Of a stretch of 64,000 bases of DNA, positions 9,805 through 19,711 are shown one piece after another; within the stretch, counting starts at the first letter, position 1, and every line of letters starts with the position of its first letter. The notes beneath the pieces were generated by a model. That model had not been told where the DNA came from, ran no database searches, and saw only the letters and a list, made by a program, of their open reading frames with translations. Source of the DNA: an uncultured Acidimicrobium sp. (lineage in GTDB: Bacteria; Actinomycetota; Acidimicrobiia; Acidimicrobiales; Ilumatobacteraceae); the NCBI GenBank assembly GCA_964433615.1, contig CAYSRZ010000001.1:1366-65365 (forward strand). The letters are read 5' to 3'. The position numbers were made by a program, and so were the translations under genes.

Positions 9805-10526
9805 ATCGCTGACACGAGCGTGCTGAGACCACTGATGCACAGCAGACCGAGCACGGCGAGCCGAAAACGATTTTCGTCGATGTGTCGGCGCACCCAGACG
9901 CCAACTGCGCTGCCTCCAAGGAGGCACGGAACGGACGCAGTCGAAAGGACGATCTCGTCCGCCGAGATCTTTCCTTGGATGGCAAAGATCGCCGCTGCAT
10001 AGACGCCGCTGAACACGAAGACCGTGTTCAGAGTTGCTCGAAACACTTCCGGCGCGACACGCCGGGACTGCAACACAAAAACGAGCGGCGGCCCATTCGT
10101 GGACGTGGCAGTGTTCAGCACTCCACTCACGAGACCGAATCCGTAGTCGAACCACGGGCCCTTCTTCGTCCCGTCGAATCCGCGTTGCAGGACGACGACT
10201 CCACACAGGATCGAGATACCGAGGACGAGCTTCAACCACCGTTCGTCGACCGTGAAGAGCACGAACGCACCGACGGGACCTCCGAGTACCGTGCAGGCGA
10301 GAAAGCGCTTCGTCAGCGTCGGATGAATGAATCGTCTTCCCTGGACCGAGTGCCCGAGGTTGCCCAACGTCCCGACGAGGGTTGCGACAATGACCGCCTG
10401 CTCCAGATCGAGACGCAACAGCAGGAAGGGAACCGTCAGCAGCGCGAAGCCGAAACCAGCGCTTGCCTGGACGAGGGATGTCGCCAGGATGACGACACAC
10501 ACCAAGACGACGTCCGCGACTTCCAC
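9801..10526 (-). CDS. TauE/SafE family (sulfite-exporter type) membrane permease
   Basis: Polytopic membrane protein with glycine-rich helices typical of TauE/SafE. GTG 10526 lies immediately after the aminotransferase stop at 10528. Confidence 0.7.
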   Translation of the reverse strand: MEVADVVLVCVVILATSLVQASAGFGFALLTVPFLLLRLDLEQAVIVATLVGTLGNLGHSVQGRRFIHPTLTKRFLACTVLGGPVGAFVLFTVDERWLKLVLGISILCGVVVLQRGFDGTKKGPWFDYGFGLVSGVLNTATSTNGPPLVFVLQSRRVAPEVFRATLNTVFVFSGVYAAAIFAIQGKISADEIVLSTASVPCLLGGSAVGVWVRRHIDENRFRLAVLGLLCISGLSTLVSAI

Positions 10527-10527
10527 C

Positions 10528-11841
10528 TCAGACGATCTTTTCGACGGCCTCAGCAAAAGCCGCGGTGTGCACGTCGACGTCGCCGTCTACGTGACTCGGA
10601 CACATCAGTGCCATGTTGTGGAACGGCGTCAGCAGTATTCCCCGATTGAGGGCGCTCAGATGGAAGTACTCCTCCAATTCGTGGTCGACCCGCGACGCCG
10701 CCTGAGCACCATCAGTCGGTGCATCGCTGAACCAATACTCCGCCCGACAACCGAGCTGCTGGACCGACCACGGCAACGTATGAGCTGCAATGACGTCTTG
10801 AACGCCATTCGCCCAACGGGTCGCGAGTGGGATTGTGTGTGCGAAGTGTTCTTCGAGCAGGGACGTCGTCAACGTCGCCTTCATGACGGCCATCGCGAGC
10901 GCACTTCCGCTGAGAGTCCCACCGACGCCGCCGACATCGATCGAATCACGGTCGAGCATCCGTTCGAGGCGATCTGCGACTGCGCTCGACATGCCATATG
11001 CGGCGACGGGCACCCCACCACCGATCGTCTTGCCGATGACGACGAAATCGGGATCGAGATTCCACAGCGACGTGCAACCTCCTGGCGAGGCGCAGATGGT
11101 GTGCGTTTCGTCGATCACAAGGAGCACTCCATATCGCCTCGTCAACTCGCGGACGCCGTGCAAATATCCAGGCTTGGGCAACACGATGCCGATGTTGGTG
11201 AGGGCCGGCTCCATTAGTACGCACGCCACGTCGCCCTGACTCAAGGCCTCCTCCATCGCGTCCAAGTCGTTGAACGCAACGGCCCTGGTCGTCACGGAAG
11301 GATCTACTTGTGGGCCGATGGCCCCCGGCCGGCTCACGGTCCGGCCAGCGTCGTCCAGCACGACGAGTGTCTCGTCGACCGTTCCGTGATAGCACCAGTC
11401 ATTGACGACGACTTTCGGACGATTCGTCATGAAGCGTGCAAAACGCAGCACGAACCGGTTCGCGTCGGTCGCGCTCAACGCGAACTGCCACTTCGGCACG
11501 CCGAAGCGACGGGAGAGATTCTCGGCAACGACGAGCGCATCGCCGCTCGGCAGCATCGAAGTGAGCCCGATGCGAGACTGGGACACGAGGGCCTCGGTCA
11601 CGGCGGTGGTCGAGTGCCCGACCATCGAGCCGGTGTCCCCGAGACAGAAATCGACGTACTCGTTCCCGTCAACGTCTCGGAAACGGCCCCCCTTCGCCTC
11701 CGAAATGAACAGGGGAAACGAACCGGCCCAGCGCGTCATCCATGGCATCGGGACACCCGAGACGAGATGCTCATGGGCCTTGGTTGCGAGCTCGCGCGAA
11801 CGTGGGTGCCGCGACTCGAACAAGGCCATCTCCTCGCGCAT
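10528..11841 (-). CDS. Class III PLP aminotransferase, glutamate-1-semialdehyde aminomutase (HemL)-like subgroup
   Basis: DFCLGDTGSMVGHS, LLVIDETHT, PLP-lysine context VVIGKTIGGGVPVAAYG. Start set at M43 of the ORF (alternative 11829). Confidence 0.85.
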   Translation of the reverse strand: MREEMALFESRHPRSRELATKAHEHLVSGVPMPWMTRWAGSFPLFISEAKGGRFRDVDGNEYVDFCLGDTGSMVGHSTTAVTEALVSQSRIGLTSMLPSGDALVVAENLSRRFGVPKWQFALSATDANRFVLRFARFMTNRPKVVVNDWCYHGTVDETLVVLDDAGRTVSRPGAIGPQVDPSVTTRAVAFNDLDAMEEALSQGDVACVLMEPALTNIGIVLPKPGYLHGVRELTRRYGVLLVIDETHTICASPGGCTSLWNLDPDFVVIGKTIGGGVPVAAYGMSSAVADRLERMLDRDSIDVGGVGGTLSGSALAMAVMKATLTTSLLEEHFAHTIPLATRWANGVQDVIAAHTLPWSVQQLGCRAEYWFSDAPTDGAQAASRVDHELEEYFHLSALNRGILLTPFHNMALMCPSHVDGDVDVHTAAFAEAVEKIV

Positions 11842-11921
11842 CGCGTCACCAAGATGTGCTCTCTTCACGTCCCCCAGTCTTGCCGACGACGGCCCGACGA
11901 GGTGCTCTCTAGACTGTCTCC

Positions 11922-13184
11922 GTGCCCATCGCCACCACGACGCCAGACGTGCGTATCTCGATGTCACGTCTCCGCGGTCGAATAGATGCCCTGGCGGCGA
12001 TCGGGGCGACGCAGGCCGGGGGCTCTTGTCGCCTCGCCCTCACCGATGAAGACCGCCAAGGACGTGACCTCGTCGTCAGTTGGATGTCGGATCTCGGAAT
12101 GGACGTGACGATCGATGCCATCGGCAACATCGTCGGTGTATGGAACGTTGGCGAGGGTCGCGCAGTGATGACCGGATCGCACATCGACACGGTGCGCACC
12201 GGTGGCATCTACGACGGAAACTACGGAGTCCTCGCTGGCCTCGAGGTCGTCGAGGCATGCCAGCAGGCGGGAATCATCCCGAAGCGGCCACTCGCCGTAG
12301 CCGTCTTCACCGACGAGGAGGGCGCTCGATTTGCTCCCGACATGCTGGGCTCCCTCGTCTATGTGGGCGGTCTGGGCCTTGAAGAGGCACTCGACATCCG
12401 CGCGATCGACGGGGCGCGACTCGGTGACGAACTCTCCAAGATCGGATACGCCGGGATGACGCCCTGCCCAGGAATCGCTCCACACGCCTTCGTCGAGTTG
12501 CACATCGAACAGGGTCCCGTGCTGGAGGCTCGCGGCATGAAGCTCGGAGCAGTCACGGGAGTCCAAGGAATCTCATGGCAGGAGGCGACGATCGTTGGAC
12601 AGTCGAACCATGCCGGGACGACCCCCATGGCGTTGCGTCGGGACCCTGTAGCCGCCGGTGCTGCACTCGCCGGTTTCCTTCGTGATCTCGCCCATCGATA
12701 CGGCGGCAATCAGGTGTGCACCGTCGGCAAGTTCGACGTCCACCCCAACCTCGTCAACGTCGTTGCCGCTCGAGTGCAGATGACACTCGACGTACGCAAC
12801 ACCGACGAGGATTTGCTCAAGCGAGCGGAAGCGGAGATCTCCGACTACGTACGCGAGATCGAAACGTCGTTCGGCGTAGACATCTCGCTTCGACCTCTGG
12901 CTCGATTCGAGCCGGTCGAATTCGATGCCGACGTAATCGAGCTCGTCGAACAGATCTGTCTCGGCGTCACGCCGCTGACGATGCGCATGCCAAGTGGTGC
13001 AGGTCACGACGCGCAAATGTTGGCTCGGGTCTGCCCGACTGCGATGATCTTCGTCCCAAGCCACGACGGAATCAGCCACAACCCCGCCGAGCACACAGAC
13101 GACGCCGATCTTGAAAATGGCGCGAACGTGCTGCTCAGAACGATGCTTGCGCTCGCCGACCATGACTTCGGAGTCCGCTCGTGA
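11922..13184 (+). CDS. M20-family Zn amidohydrolase (N-carbamoyl-L-amino acid / beta-ureidopropionase / allantoate amidohydrolase type)
   Basis: 420 aa. GSHIDTVRTGGIYDGNYGVLAGLEV, FTDEEG, ELHIEQGPVLE, GQSNHAGTTPM, PSGAGHDA. Confidence 0.85.
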   Translation: MPIATTTPDVRISMSRLRGRIDALAAIGATQAGGSCRLALTDEDRQGRDLVVSWMSDLGMDVTIDAIGNIVGVWNVGEGRAVMTGSHIDTVRTGGIYDGNYGVLAGLEVVEACQQAGIIPKRPLAVAVFTDEEGARFAPDMLGSLVYVGGLGLEEALDIRAIDGARLGDELSKIGYAGMTPCPGIAPHAFVELHIEQGPVLEARGMKLGAVTGVQGISWQEATIVGQSNHAGTTPMALRRDPVAAGAALAGFLRDLAHRYGGNQVCTVGKFDVHPNLVNVVAARVQMTLDVRNTDEDLLKRAEAEISDYVREIETSFGVDISLRPLARFEPVEFDADVIELVEQICLGVTPLTMRMPSGAGHDAQMLARVCPTAMIFVPSHDGISHNPAEHTDDADLENGANVLLRTMLALADHDFGVRS

Positions 13185-14128
13185 GTCGGACGCTACGCAT
13201 CGCGGCAGCGCAACTCGGCCCGATTCAACGAGCCGACGATCGCGCATCGGTCGTCACACGTTTGATCGCCCTGATGGACGACGCCAAGCGTCACGAGGTG
13301 GATCTCGTCGTCTACCCCGAACTCGCCCTCACGACGTTCTTTCCTCGTTGGTTCGTCGACGACATCACGGAAGCCGACCACTGGTACGAACGCGAGATGC
13401 CATCACCCGTCGTCGCACCGTTGTTCGATAGAGCACGCTCCTACGGCATTGGTTTTTGTCTCGGATACGCCGAACTGACACCCGAAGGCGAACGTTTCAA
13501 CACCCAGATCCTCGTCGAGCGCGACGGGTCGATCGTCGGCAAGTACCGCAAGGTGCATATTCCAGGTCACGAGCACCACGAGCCCGACAGACCGTTCCAA
13601 CACGCCGAACGGTATTACTTCACTCCGAGCACCGAAGGTTTCCCCGTGTGGTCCGCCTTCGGCGGAAGGGTCGGCATGATGATCTGCAACGATCGTCGTT
13701 GGCCCGAGTCATATCGCGTGATGGGGCTGCAGGGAGTCGAGATGATCCTCTGCGGATACAACACACCACTGCACTACGTACCGGACCCCACGCAAGATCC
13801 CCTGCAGGGATTCCACAACTCTCTCGTCATGCAGTCGGGCGCATATCAAAACGGAACGTTCGTGGTCGGCGTCGCCAAGGGTGGCGTCGAAGAAGGCGTC
13901 GACAGCCTCGCGGACAGCATGATCGTTGCGCCATCCGGTGAGATTTTGGCGAAGGCATCGACCTCGGGCGACGAGCTCGTCTGGGCGGACTGCAACCTCG
14001 ACTGGTGCTACCAGTACAAAGACACCCTCTTTGACTTCAACCGCTACAGGCGTCCAGAGCTCTACGGACGCATCTCGGGCCAACGTGGCGTCGATCCGGC
14101 GGACCGAGGACCGTTTAACAAACTGTAA
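13181..14128 (+). CDS. N-carbamoyl-D-amino-acid hydrolase-like (nitrilase superfamily)
   Basis: Very close to D-carbamoylase: VYPELALTTFFPRWF, GKYRKVHIPGH, catalytic Cys in ICNDRRWPE, GYNTP. GTGA overlap with the upstream gene. Confidence 0.9.
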   Translation: MSRTLRIAAAQLGPIQRADDRASVVTRLIALMDDAKRHEVDLVVYPELALTTFFPRWFVDDITEADHWYEREMPSPVVAPLFDRARSYGIGFCLGYAELTPEGERFNTQILVERDGSIVGKYRKVHIPGHEHHEPDRPFQHAERYYFTPSTEGFPVWSAFGGRVGMMICNDRRWPESYRVMGLQGVEMILCGYNTPLHYVPDPTQDPLQGFHNSLVMQSGAYQNGTFVVGVAKGGVEEGVDSLADSMIVAPSGEILAKASTSGDELVWADCNLDWCYQYKDTLFDFNRYRRPELYGRISGQRGVDPADRGPFNKL

Positions 14129-14159
14129 AAGCGTTTTCCTTGCCCTGTAAGGTGAAACC

Positions 14160-16754
14160 ATGTCGTTGGGGGCACACGAGGGGGTCGTCGGCTTTGTCGT
14201 GAACGGGACGCCCGTGTCCGTTCGCTCGTCCCATCCCCACCTCCTCGCCGCCTTGCGCGAGGAGCTCGACATCACCTCCCCGAAGGACGGCTGTTCCCCC
14301 AGCGGCCAGTGCGGCTGTTGCACGGTGCTCGTGAACGGCAAGGCCGTCGTGAGTTGTCAAACCCCACTCGACAAAGTCGACGGAGGAACCGTCACGACCC
14401 TCGAAGGCTTCGAGCCGTCGGTCCGTGAGTCGTTCGCCAACGCGTTCGCCGCATGTGGCGGCCTGCAGTGTGGATTTTGCATACCCGGAATCGTGGTGCG
14501 TGCACATGCGCAAATCGAAAAGAAGGGTGCGGATCTGACTCGGGCGGACATGGCCCGCCACCTCGGTGCACACCTGTGTCGATGCACGGGATATTCGAAA
14601 ATCCTCGACGCGATCGACTGCGTCGCCAAGTCGAGCATTCCCAGCCCGACCCCACTCGGCGGAGTTGGCAGTCGGTCCTCGAAAGTCGAGGCAGCCGCAC
14701 TCACCCTCGGTGACCGCGGGTACGTGGACGACATTCGGGTTCCGGGGATGCTCCATGGTGCACTCGTCTTCACTTCCCATGCCCGTGCCGACATCGTTTC
14801 GATCGACACGTCAAAGGCCCGTCGCGCACCCGGTGTCGTTGCGGTCTACACCGCCGAGGACGTACCGGGCGACCTCATGGTCGGCATCATCTACAAGGAC
14901 TGGCCAGTCATGATTCCCGTGGGGGGACGCACGTCCTATGCCGGTGACGTCCTCGCCATCGTCGTCGCCGAAACCAAAGATCAAGCACGTTCGGCCGTTG
15001 CCGACGTTGACGTCGAGTACGTCGTTCATCCCCCGCTCACCGATCCTGTCGTCGCCTTGCGATCGACAGAAACTGCGGTGTGGAAGACCGAATCCAACGT
15101 CTTGAGCACGAGCGCCTACCGCCGTGGCGACGTCGACGATGCCCTCACGAGGTGCGCCCACGTCGTGTCCGAACGGTTCACGACTCAACGGATCGAGCAC
15201 GCGTTTCTCGAACCCGAGTCGACCCTTGCGGTCTATGACGCCGAGACCGACCACCTCCACGTCTATTCGGGTGGTCAAGGGATCTGGGACGACCGCAACG
15301 ACATTGCCCGCGTCCTGGGCGTAGCCAACGACAAAGTCACCGTCGAACTGATCACCAACGGTGGCGCCTTCGGCGGCAAGGAGGACATGTCGAACCAGGC
15401 TCATGCCTCGCTCGCGGCATGGCTGTTGAAGCGTCCGGTCAAATGCACGCTGTCGCGAGAAGAGAGCTTCCGCATGCATGCCAAGCGCCACCCCATCGCC
15501 ATGGACTACGTCGCCGGATGCGACGACGAGGGACGACTCGTCGCACTCAAAGTTCGAGCGATTGGCGACAGTGGGGCGTATGCGAGCGTGGGCATGAAGG
15601 TTTTGGAGCGCATGGCGGGTCACGCAAGCGGCCCGTATCACGTGCCAAACATCGACGTCGAGGCCATTGCCGTGCGCACGAACAACCCGATCTGCGGAGC
15701 GTTCCGAGGATTCGGGGCCAACCAGGCGCAGTTTGCCATGGAGGGCGTGCTTGATCGGCTCGCAGAGAAGTGCGGCATCGACGGCTGGACCATCCGCTCG
15801 CGCAATGTGATCAAACCGGGCATGGTCTGGGGGCCGGGCCAGATCATGGACGATGGATGCCTCGGTGCAGAAGCATGCCTCGAGGCCGTGAAGGACTCCT
15901 ACTACGCGGCAAAGAACGAAGGCAGGGCCGTGGGCGTCGGTCTTGGCCTCAAGAACAGCGGTCTCGGTAACGGATTCAAGGAAATCACGAAAGCTGTCGT
16001 GCGACTCCGCTCTGACGGAGTGACCGAAGTTCGACACGGTTGGACGGAGATGGGTCAGGGAATCAACACGATCGCCGCACAGGTCGTGGTGCACGAGCTG
16101 GGTGTCGATCCGGATTCGATCGTCGTCATCGTCGACACGACACGCGAACTTGGACTGGGACAAACCACAGGCTCGCGAGGAACCCTGATGGGGGCTGGAG
16201 CGGTCAAGGATGCATGCGATACCGCAAAGGCGAACGGCCTGACCAAGGACGTCGACCACGTCGGCGAATATCGCGTCGACTGGACGACCAAGCTCGGCGA
16301 TCCCGGGGTGGAGCATCCGATCATTCACTCCACCTTCGGCTACGCCGCACAACTCGTCGTCATGGACCCCGAGACCCAGAAGATCGATCGCGTCGTTGCC
16401 GCTCATGACGTCGGTAGGGCCATGAATCCGCTGTTGTGCGAAGGCCAAATCGAAGGCAGCGTGCATATGGGTCTGGGTTACGCCTTGACCGAGGACTTTC
16501 CGTCCGATCCCGAAACGGGGTTTCCGACCTTTTCCACGCTGCGTCAACTCGGCATCATCAGAGCAAAGGACGTGCCTCCGATCGAGGTACGTCTCATTGA
16601 GTCGCCTCAGCCCAACGCGCCCTACGGCATCAAGGGCGTCGGCGAGATCGGACTCGTACCGACTGCAGGGGCAGTCGCCGCTGCGCTTCACGGATGCGAT
16701 GGTCGATGGCGCAACGCCCTTCCGATGAAGGACCGTGCGAGCGAGGAGGACTGA
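14160..16754 (+). CDS. Molybdenum hydroxylase with fused N-terminal 2x[2Fe-2S] domain (XdhD / aldehyde oxidoreductase architecture, no FAD domain)
   Basis: 864 aa. CSPSGQCGCC and CGFCIPG...CRCTGY iron-sulfur motifs, then GGAFGGKED, AFRGFGANQ and C-terminal GIKGVGE. Confidence 0.9.
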   Translation: MSLGAHEGVVGFVVNGTPVSVRSSHPHLLAALREELDITSPKDGCSPSGQCGCCTVLVNGKAVVSCQTPLDKVDGGTVTTLEGFEPSVRESFANAFAACGGLQCGFCIPGIVVRAHAQIEKKGADLTRADMARHLGAHLCRCTGYSKILDAIDCVAKSSIPSPTPLGGVGSRSSKVEAAALTLGDRGYVDDIRVPGMLHGALVFTSHARADIVSIDTSKARRAPGVVAVYTAEDVPGDLMVGIIYKDWPVMIPVGGRTSYAGDVLAIVVAETKDQARSAVADVDVEYVVHPPLTDPVVALRSTETAVWKTESNVLSTSAYRRGDVDDALTRCAHVVSERFTTQRIEHAFLEPESTLAVYDAETDHLHVYSGGQGIWDDRNDIARVLGVANDKVTVELITNGGAFGGKEDMSNQAHASLAAWLLKRPVKCTLSREESFRMHAKRHPIAMDYVAGCDDEGRLVALKVRAIGDSGAYASVGMKVLERMAGHASGPYHVPNIDVEAIAVRTNNPICGAFRGFGANQAQFAMEGVLDRLAEKCGIDGWTIRSRNVIKPGMVWGPGQIMDDGCLGAEACLEAVKDSYYAAKNEGRAVGVGLGLKNSGLGNGFKEITKAVVRLRSDGVTEVRHGWTEMGQGINTIAAQVVVHELGVDPDSIVVIVDTTRELGLGQTTGSRGTLMGAGAVKDACDTAKANGLTKDVDHVGEYRVDWTTKLGDPGVEHPIIHSTFGYAAQLVVMDPETQKIDRVVAAHDVGRAMNPLLCEGQIEGSVHMGLGYALTEDFPSDPETGFPTFSTLRQLGIIRAKDVPPIEVRLIESPQPNAPYGIKGVGEIGLVPTAGAVAAALHGCDGRWRNALPMKDRASEED

Positions 16755-16755
16755 C

Positions 16756-17826
16756 GTGTCAGACACGACTCCCGGATTCGTTTGTGCGCACCACCACCTC
16801 TACTCGACTCTCGCCCGCGGAATGCCCAGTCCCCCGCGCACACCTGCGGACTTCATCGGCGTGCTCGAACAGGTGTGGTGGAGGCTGGATGCCGCCCTCG
16901 ACGACGAGATGATCTACTGGAGCGCAAAAATGGGAGCGGTCGAGGCACTGATGGCGGGAACGACCTGCATCATCGATCACCACGAGTCACCGAACGCAAT
17001 CCCAGGGTCCCTCGCCCTCATCACGCAGGCGTGCCACGAAGTGGGAGTTCGGGTGAATGCAAGCTATGGCGTGACCGACAGGTGGAGCGACGAGGGAACG
17101 ATTCGACAGCGCGTGTCGCCGACTTCGACAATGACACGCGCAGCACGTCTGGGGCTCGAGGAGAACCGTCGACATCTCGCCTCGGGTGGTCGCGGGATGG
17201 TCGGTGTGCATGCGGCCTTCACGGCAAGCGACGACACACTTATCGCAGCGGCAGATCTCGCACGTGAATTCGGCGTCGGAGTTCACATTCACGTCGCCGA
17301 AGGACCCGACGACGCCGACGCCCATCAGCGTCTTGCACACATCGCGACGGACTCGTGGCTCATCGTGCACGGGGTACACCTGTCGTCACCCCTCAAAGGA
17401 ACGCTCGTTCACAATCCACGCTCCAACATGAACAACGCCGTCGGCTATGCGCGCCCCATGCGCCTCAAGATGCCCGTTGCGCTCGGGACAGACGGAATCG
17501 GTGCCGACATGCCAGAAGAGGCACGCGTGGCCTTCGCCAGATTGAGGGAATCTGACCTGACGGCAGGTGCAGACGTCGTCGGACGCTGGCTCGACACGAC
17601 CCAGGCCCTCTTCCCCGAGGCGAACCGCGACGTCGTGACGTGGAACTACGACGCCATGGATTCCGTCTGGCACCTCGCCTACACGCCAGGTACACGTCCC
17701 CACACGGTCGTCGTTGACGGCAAGACTGTGCTGGCTGATGGACGACCGACGCTCGTCGATCTCGACGAGGTCCGACACCACGCTTCACTGCACGCAACGA
17801 GACTCCACGAAAGGTTGGCAGCATGA
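16756..17826 (+). CDS. ssnA: SsnA-family amidohydrolase (N-terminally short)
   Basis: [61 protein letters not shown]. These match blocks I recall from E. coli SsnA. Start GTG 16756 (or 16735, overlapping the upstream gene). Confidence 0.85.
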   Translation: MSDTTPGFVCAHHHLYSTLARGMPSPPRTPADFIGVLEQVWWRLDAALDDEMIYWSAKMGAVEALMAGTTCIIDHHESPNAIPGSLALITQACHEVGVRVNASYGVTDRWSDEGTIRQRVSPTSTMTRAARLGLEENRRHLASGGRGMVGVHAAFTASDDTLIAAADLAREFGVGVHIHVAEGPDDADAHQRLAHIATDSWLIVHGVHLSSPLKGTLVHNPRSNMNNAVGYARPMRLKMPVALGTDGIGADMPEEARVAFARLRESDLTAGADVVGRWLDTTQALFPEANRDVVTWNYDAMDSVWHLAYTPGTRPHTVVVDGKTVLADGRPTLVDLDEVRHHASLHATRLHERLAA

Positions 17827-18866
17827 CGCTCCCACGACAGGCACTCAATCCGGCGACGGGTCACGCTCGCATGGCCGTGTATCTGCAGGACGCTCATCCG
17901 ATACGCGAAGGGATGGAGATCGCCAAGTACGCCGAGGCCAAGGGCTTCGAAGCGGTATGGCAGGCCGAGAGCCGCCTCGTGCGCGAAGCGACCGTCCCGA
18001 TGGCGGCCTTTGCCTCGGTGACGACCACGCTCAAAGTGGGTTCGGGAGTCGTCGACTGCTGGAGCAGGAATCCGGCTCGACTGGCCGCGACGTTTTCCAC
18101 GCTCGACGACCTCGCACAAGATCGAGTCATCCTCGGCATCGGAGCGTGGTGGGATCCGCTCGCTCAGAAAGTCGGGATATCGCGAGCCAAGCCCCTTCGC
18201 GCAATGAGGGAGATCGTGCTCAACGTACGGGCGCTGTTGAACAACGAAAACGTCACTTTCCACGGCGAATTCGTCAATTTCGACGGCATCGAGCTCGATT
18301 ACGTCTATCAGGAACGCCGTGCCAAGAACGTTCCGATCTACATCGGAGCGACCGGCATGCAGATGATGGAGTTGACGGGTGAAATCGCGGACGGCGTCGT
18401 CCTCAACTACTTGGTGTCACCCGATTACAACACCACCGCGATCGAAGCCCTGCAGAAAGGTGCGGACAAGGCGGGAAGGAAACTCGACGACATCGACCGA
18501 CCCCAACTCGTCGTCTGCAGCGTGCACGAAGACCGACAGACCGCTCTCGACATGGCGCGTCAGATGGTCACGCAATACCTCGGTCAGCAGCCTCACATCA
18601 TGAAGGCCTCCGGAGTTCCACAGTCGCTATTGGACAAGGTCGGCGAAGAGCTCACCTGGCCGGCGACCCACGAGCAGGTCGTTGCGGCATCCCGGCACGT
18701 ACCGGACGAGATCGTCCAGATGTTGACGGCGAGTGGAACCCCGGCGGAGGCACGCAAACAGGTGCGCCATTACATCGACAACGGAGCGACCTGTCCGATC
18801 CTGTACCCGCTGGGCGACACCAAGGCGATGATCGATGCATTCGCCGGATGGGATGGGAACGCGTGA
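17823..18866 (+). CDS. Luciferase-like monooxygenase (LLM) class oxidoreductase, F420- or flavin-dependent
   Basis: 347 aa. TIM-barrel LLM pattern ([32 protein letters not shown]). ATGA overlap with ssnA. Confidence 0.8.
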   Translation: MTLPRQALNPATGHARMAVYLQDAHPIREGMEIAKYAEAKGFEAVWQAESRLVREATVPMAAFASVTTTLKVGSGVVDCWSRNPARLAATFSTLDDLAQDRVILGIGAWWDPLAQKVGISRAKPLRAMREIVLNVRALLNNENVTFHGEFVNFDGIELDYVYQERRAKNVPIYIGATGMQMMELTGEIADGVVLNYLVSPDYNTTAIEALQKGADKAGRKLDDIDRPQLVVCSVHEDRQTALDMARQMVTQYLGQQPHIMKASGVPQSLLDKVGEELTWPATHEQVVAASRHVPDEIVQMLTASGTPAEARKQVRHYIDNGATCPILYPLGDTKAMIDAFAGWDGNA

Positions 18867-19711
18867 GCGTCTCCACTCCCCGTCGTCTCCAGGACGCCCT
18901 TGCGTTTAGGCGTGACAACCCGGCCGCGCTGGTAATCACCGGTGGAACCGACCTCATGGTCGAGGTCAACTTCAACAGGCGAAAGCCCCAGGACGTCCTC
19001 TCCCTCGCACGGGTAGACGAACTCCGACACATCGACTCATCGTCGCCATCATCCGTACGAATCGGAGCGGCAGTGCCGTGGGCCGAGATGGAGCGAGGTC
19101 AGCTCGCTCGGCTCTTACCGGCACTCGCCGAAGCTGCTCGCACCGTCGGTTCTCCACAGATTCGTCAAGCCGGAACGCTGGGTGGCAACCTTGGAACCTG
19201 TTCCCCCGCCGGTGACGGCCTTCCCGTGTTGGGCGCCCTCGACGCATCGATCGTCCTCTCCTCGTTTGCCGGTGAGCGCTCCGTCCCGTTCTCGCAGTTC
19301 ATGATTGGTCCGAAGAAGAACGTCCTACGACCCGATGAACTGATCGTTGCAGTCGACGTTCCTCTCACCTCTGCGTGGCAGGGATATTCGAAGGTCGGCG
19401 TGCGCAACGCCATGGTCATCTCGGTGGCATCGGCGTGTGCGTCCCTCTCGCGCGACGGGAAGAGCTTCGCCGTCGCACTTGGGGCGGTCGGGCCGACGAT
19501 CATTCGGTGCACCGCGACCGAGTCTTGGCTGTCTGGTCTCGGATCAAGTGCCAAGGAATCCCTGTCCGACGCAACTGTTCGCAACGAACTCGGTGAACGG
19601 GCCGCCCAAGAGGCCCGACCAATCACCGACCATCGCTCAACTGCCGACTATCGGCGCCATGCCGTCTCGGTCATCGTCCGCAGACTCGCCGAAAGGGCCA
19701 TCCATGAATGA
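18863..19711 (+). CDS. FAD-binding subunit of a molybdenum hydroxylase (CoxM/XdhB/YgfM type)
   Basis: [28 protein letters not shown]-terminal [12 protein letters not shown] 18863 forms a GTGA overlap with the LLM stop. Confidence 0.85.
   Translation: MSVSTPRRLQDALAFRRDNPAALVITGGTDLMVEVNFNRRKPQDVLSLARVDELRHIDSSSPSSVRIGAAVPWAEMERGQLARLLPALAEAARTVGSPQIRQAGTLGGNLGTCSPAGDGLPVLGALDASIVLSSFAGERSVPFSQFMIGPKKNVLRPDELIVAVDVPLTSAWQGYSKVGVRNAMVISVASACASLSRDGKSFAVALGAVGPTIIRCTATESWLSGLGSSAKESLSDATVRNELGERAAQEARPITDHRSTADYRRHAVSVIVRRLAERAIHE

Noticed and set aside
14811-16766. 651-aa minus-strand ORF. Similar ORFs occur at 19781-21274 (minus strand), and at 39404-40990 and 60014-61258 (plus strand).
   Set aside because: All are antisense to confidently identified genes (the two Mo hydroxylases, uvrA, glyQS) and lack any domain signature.
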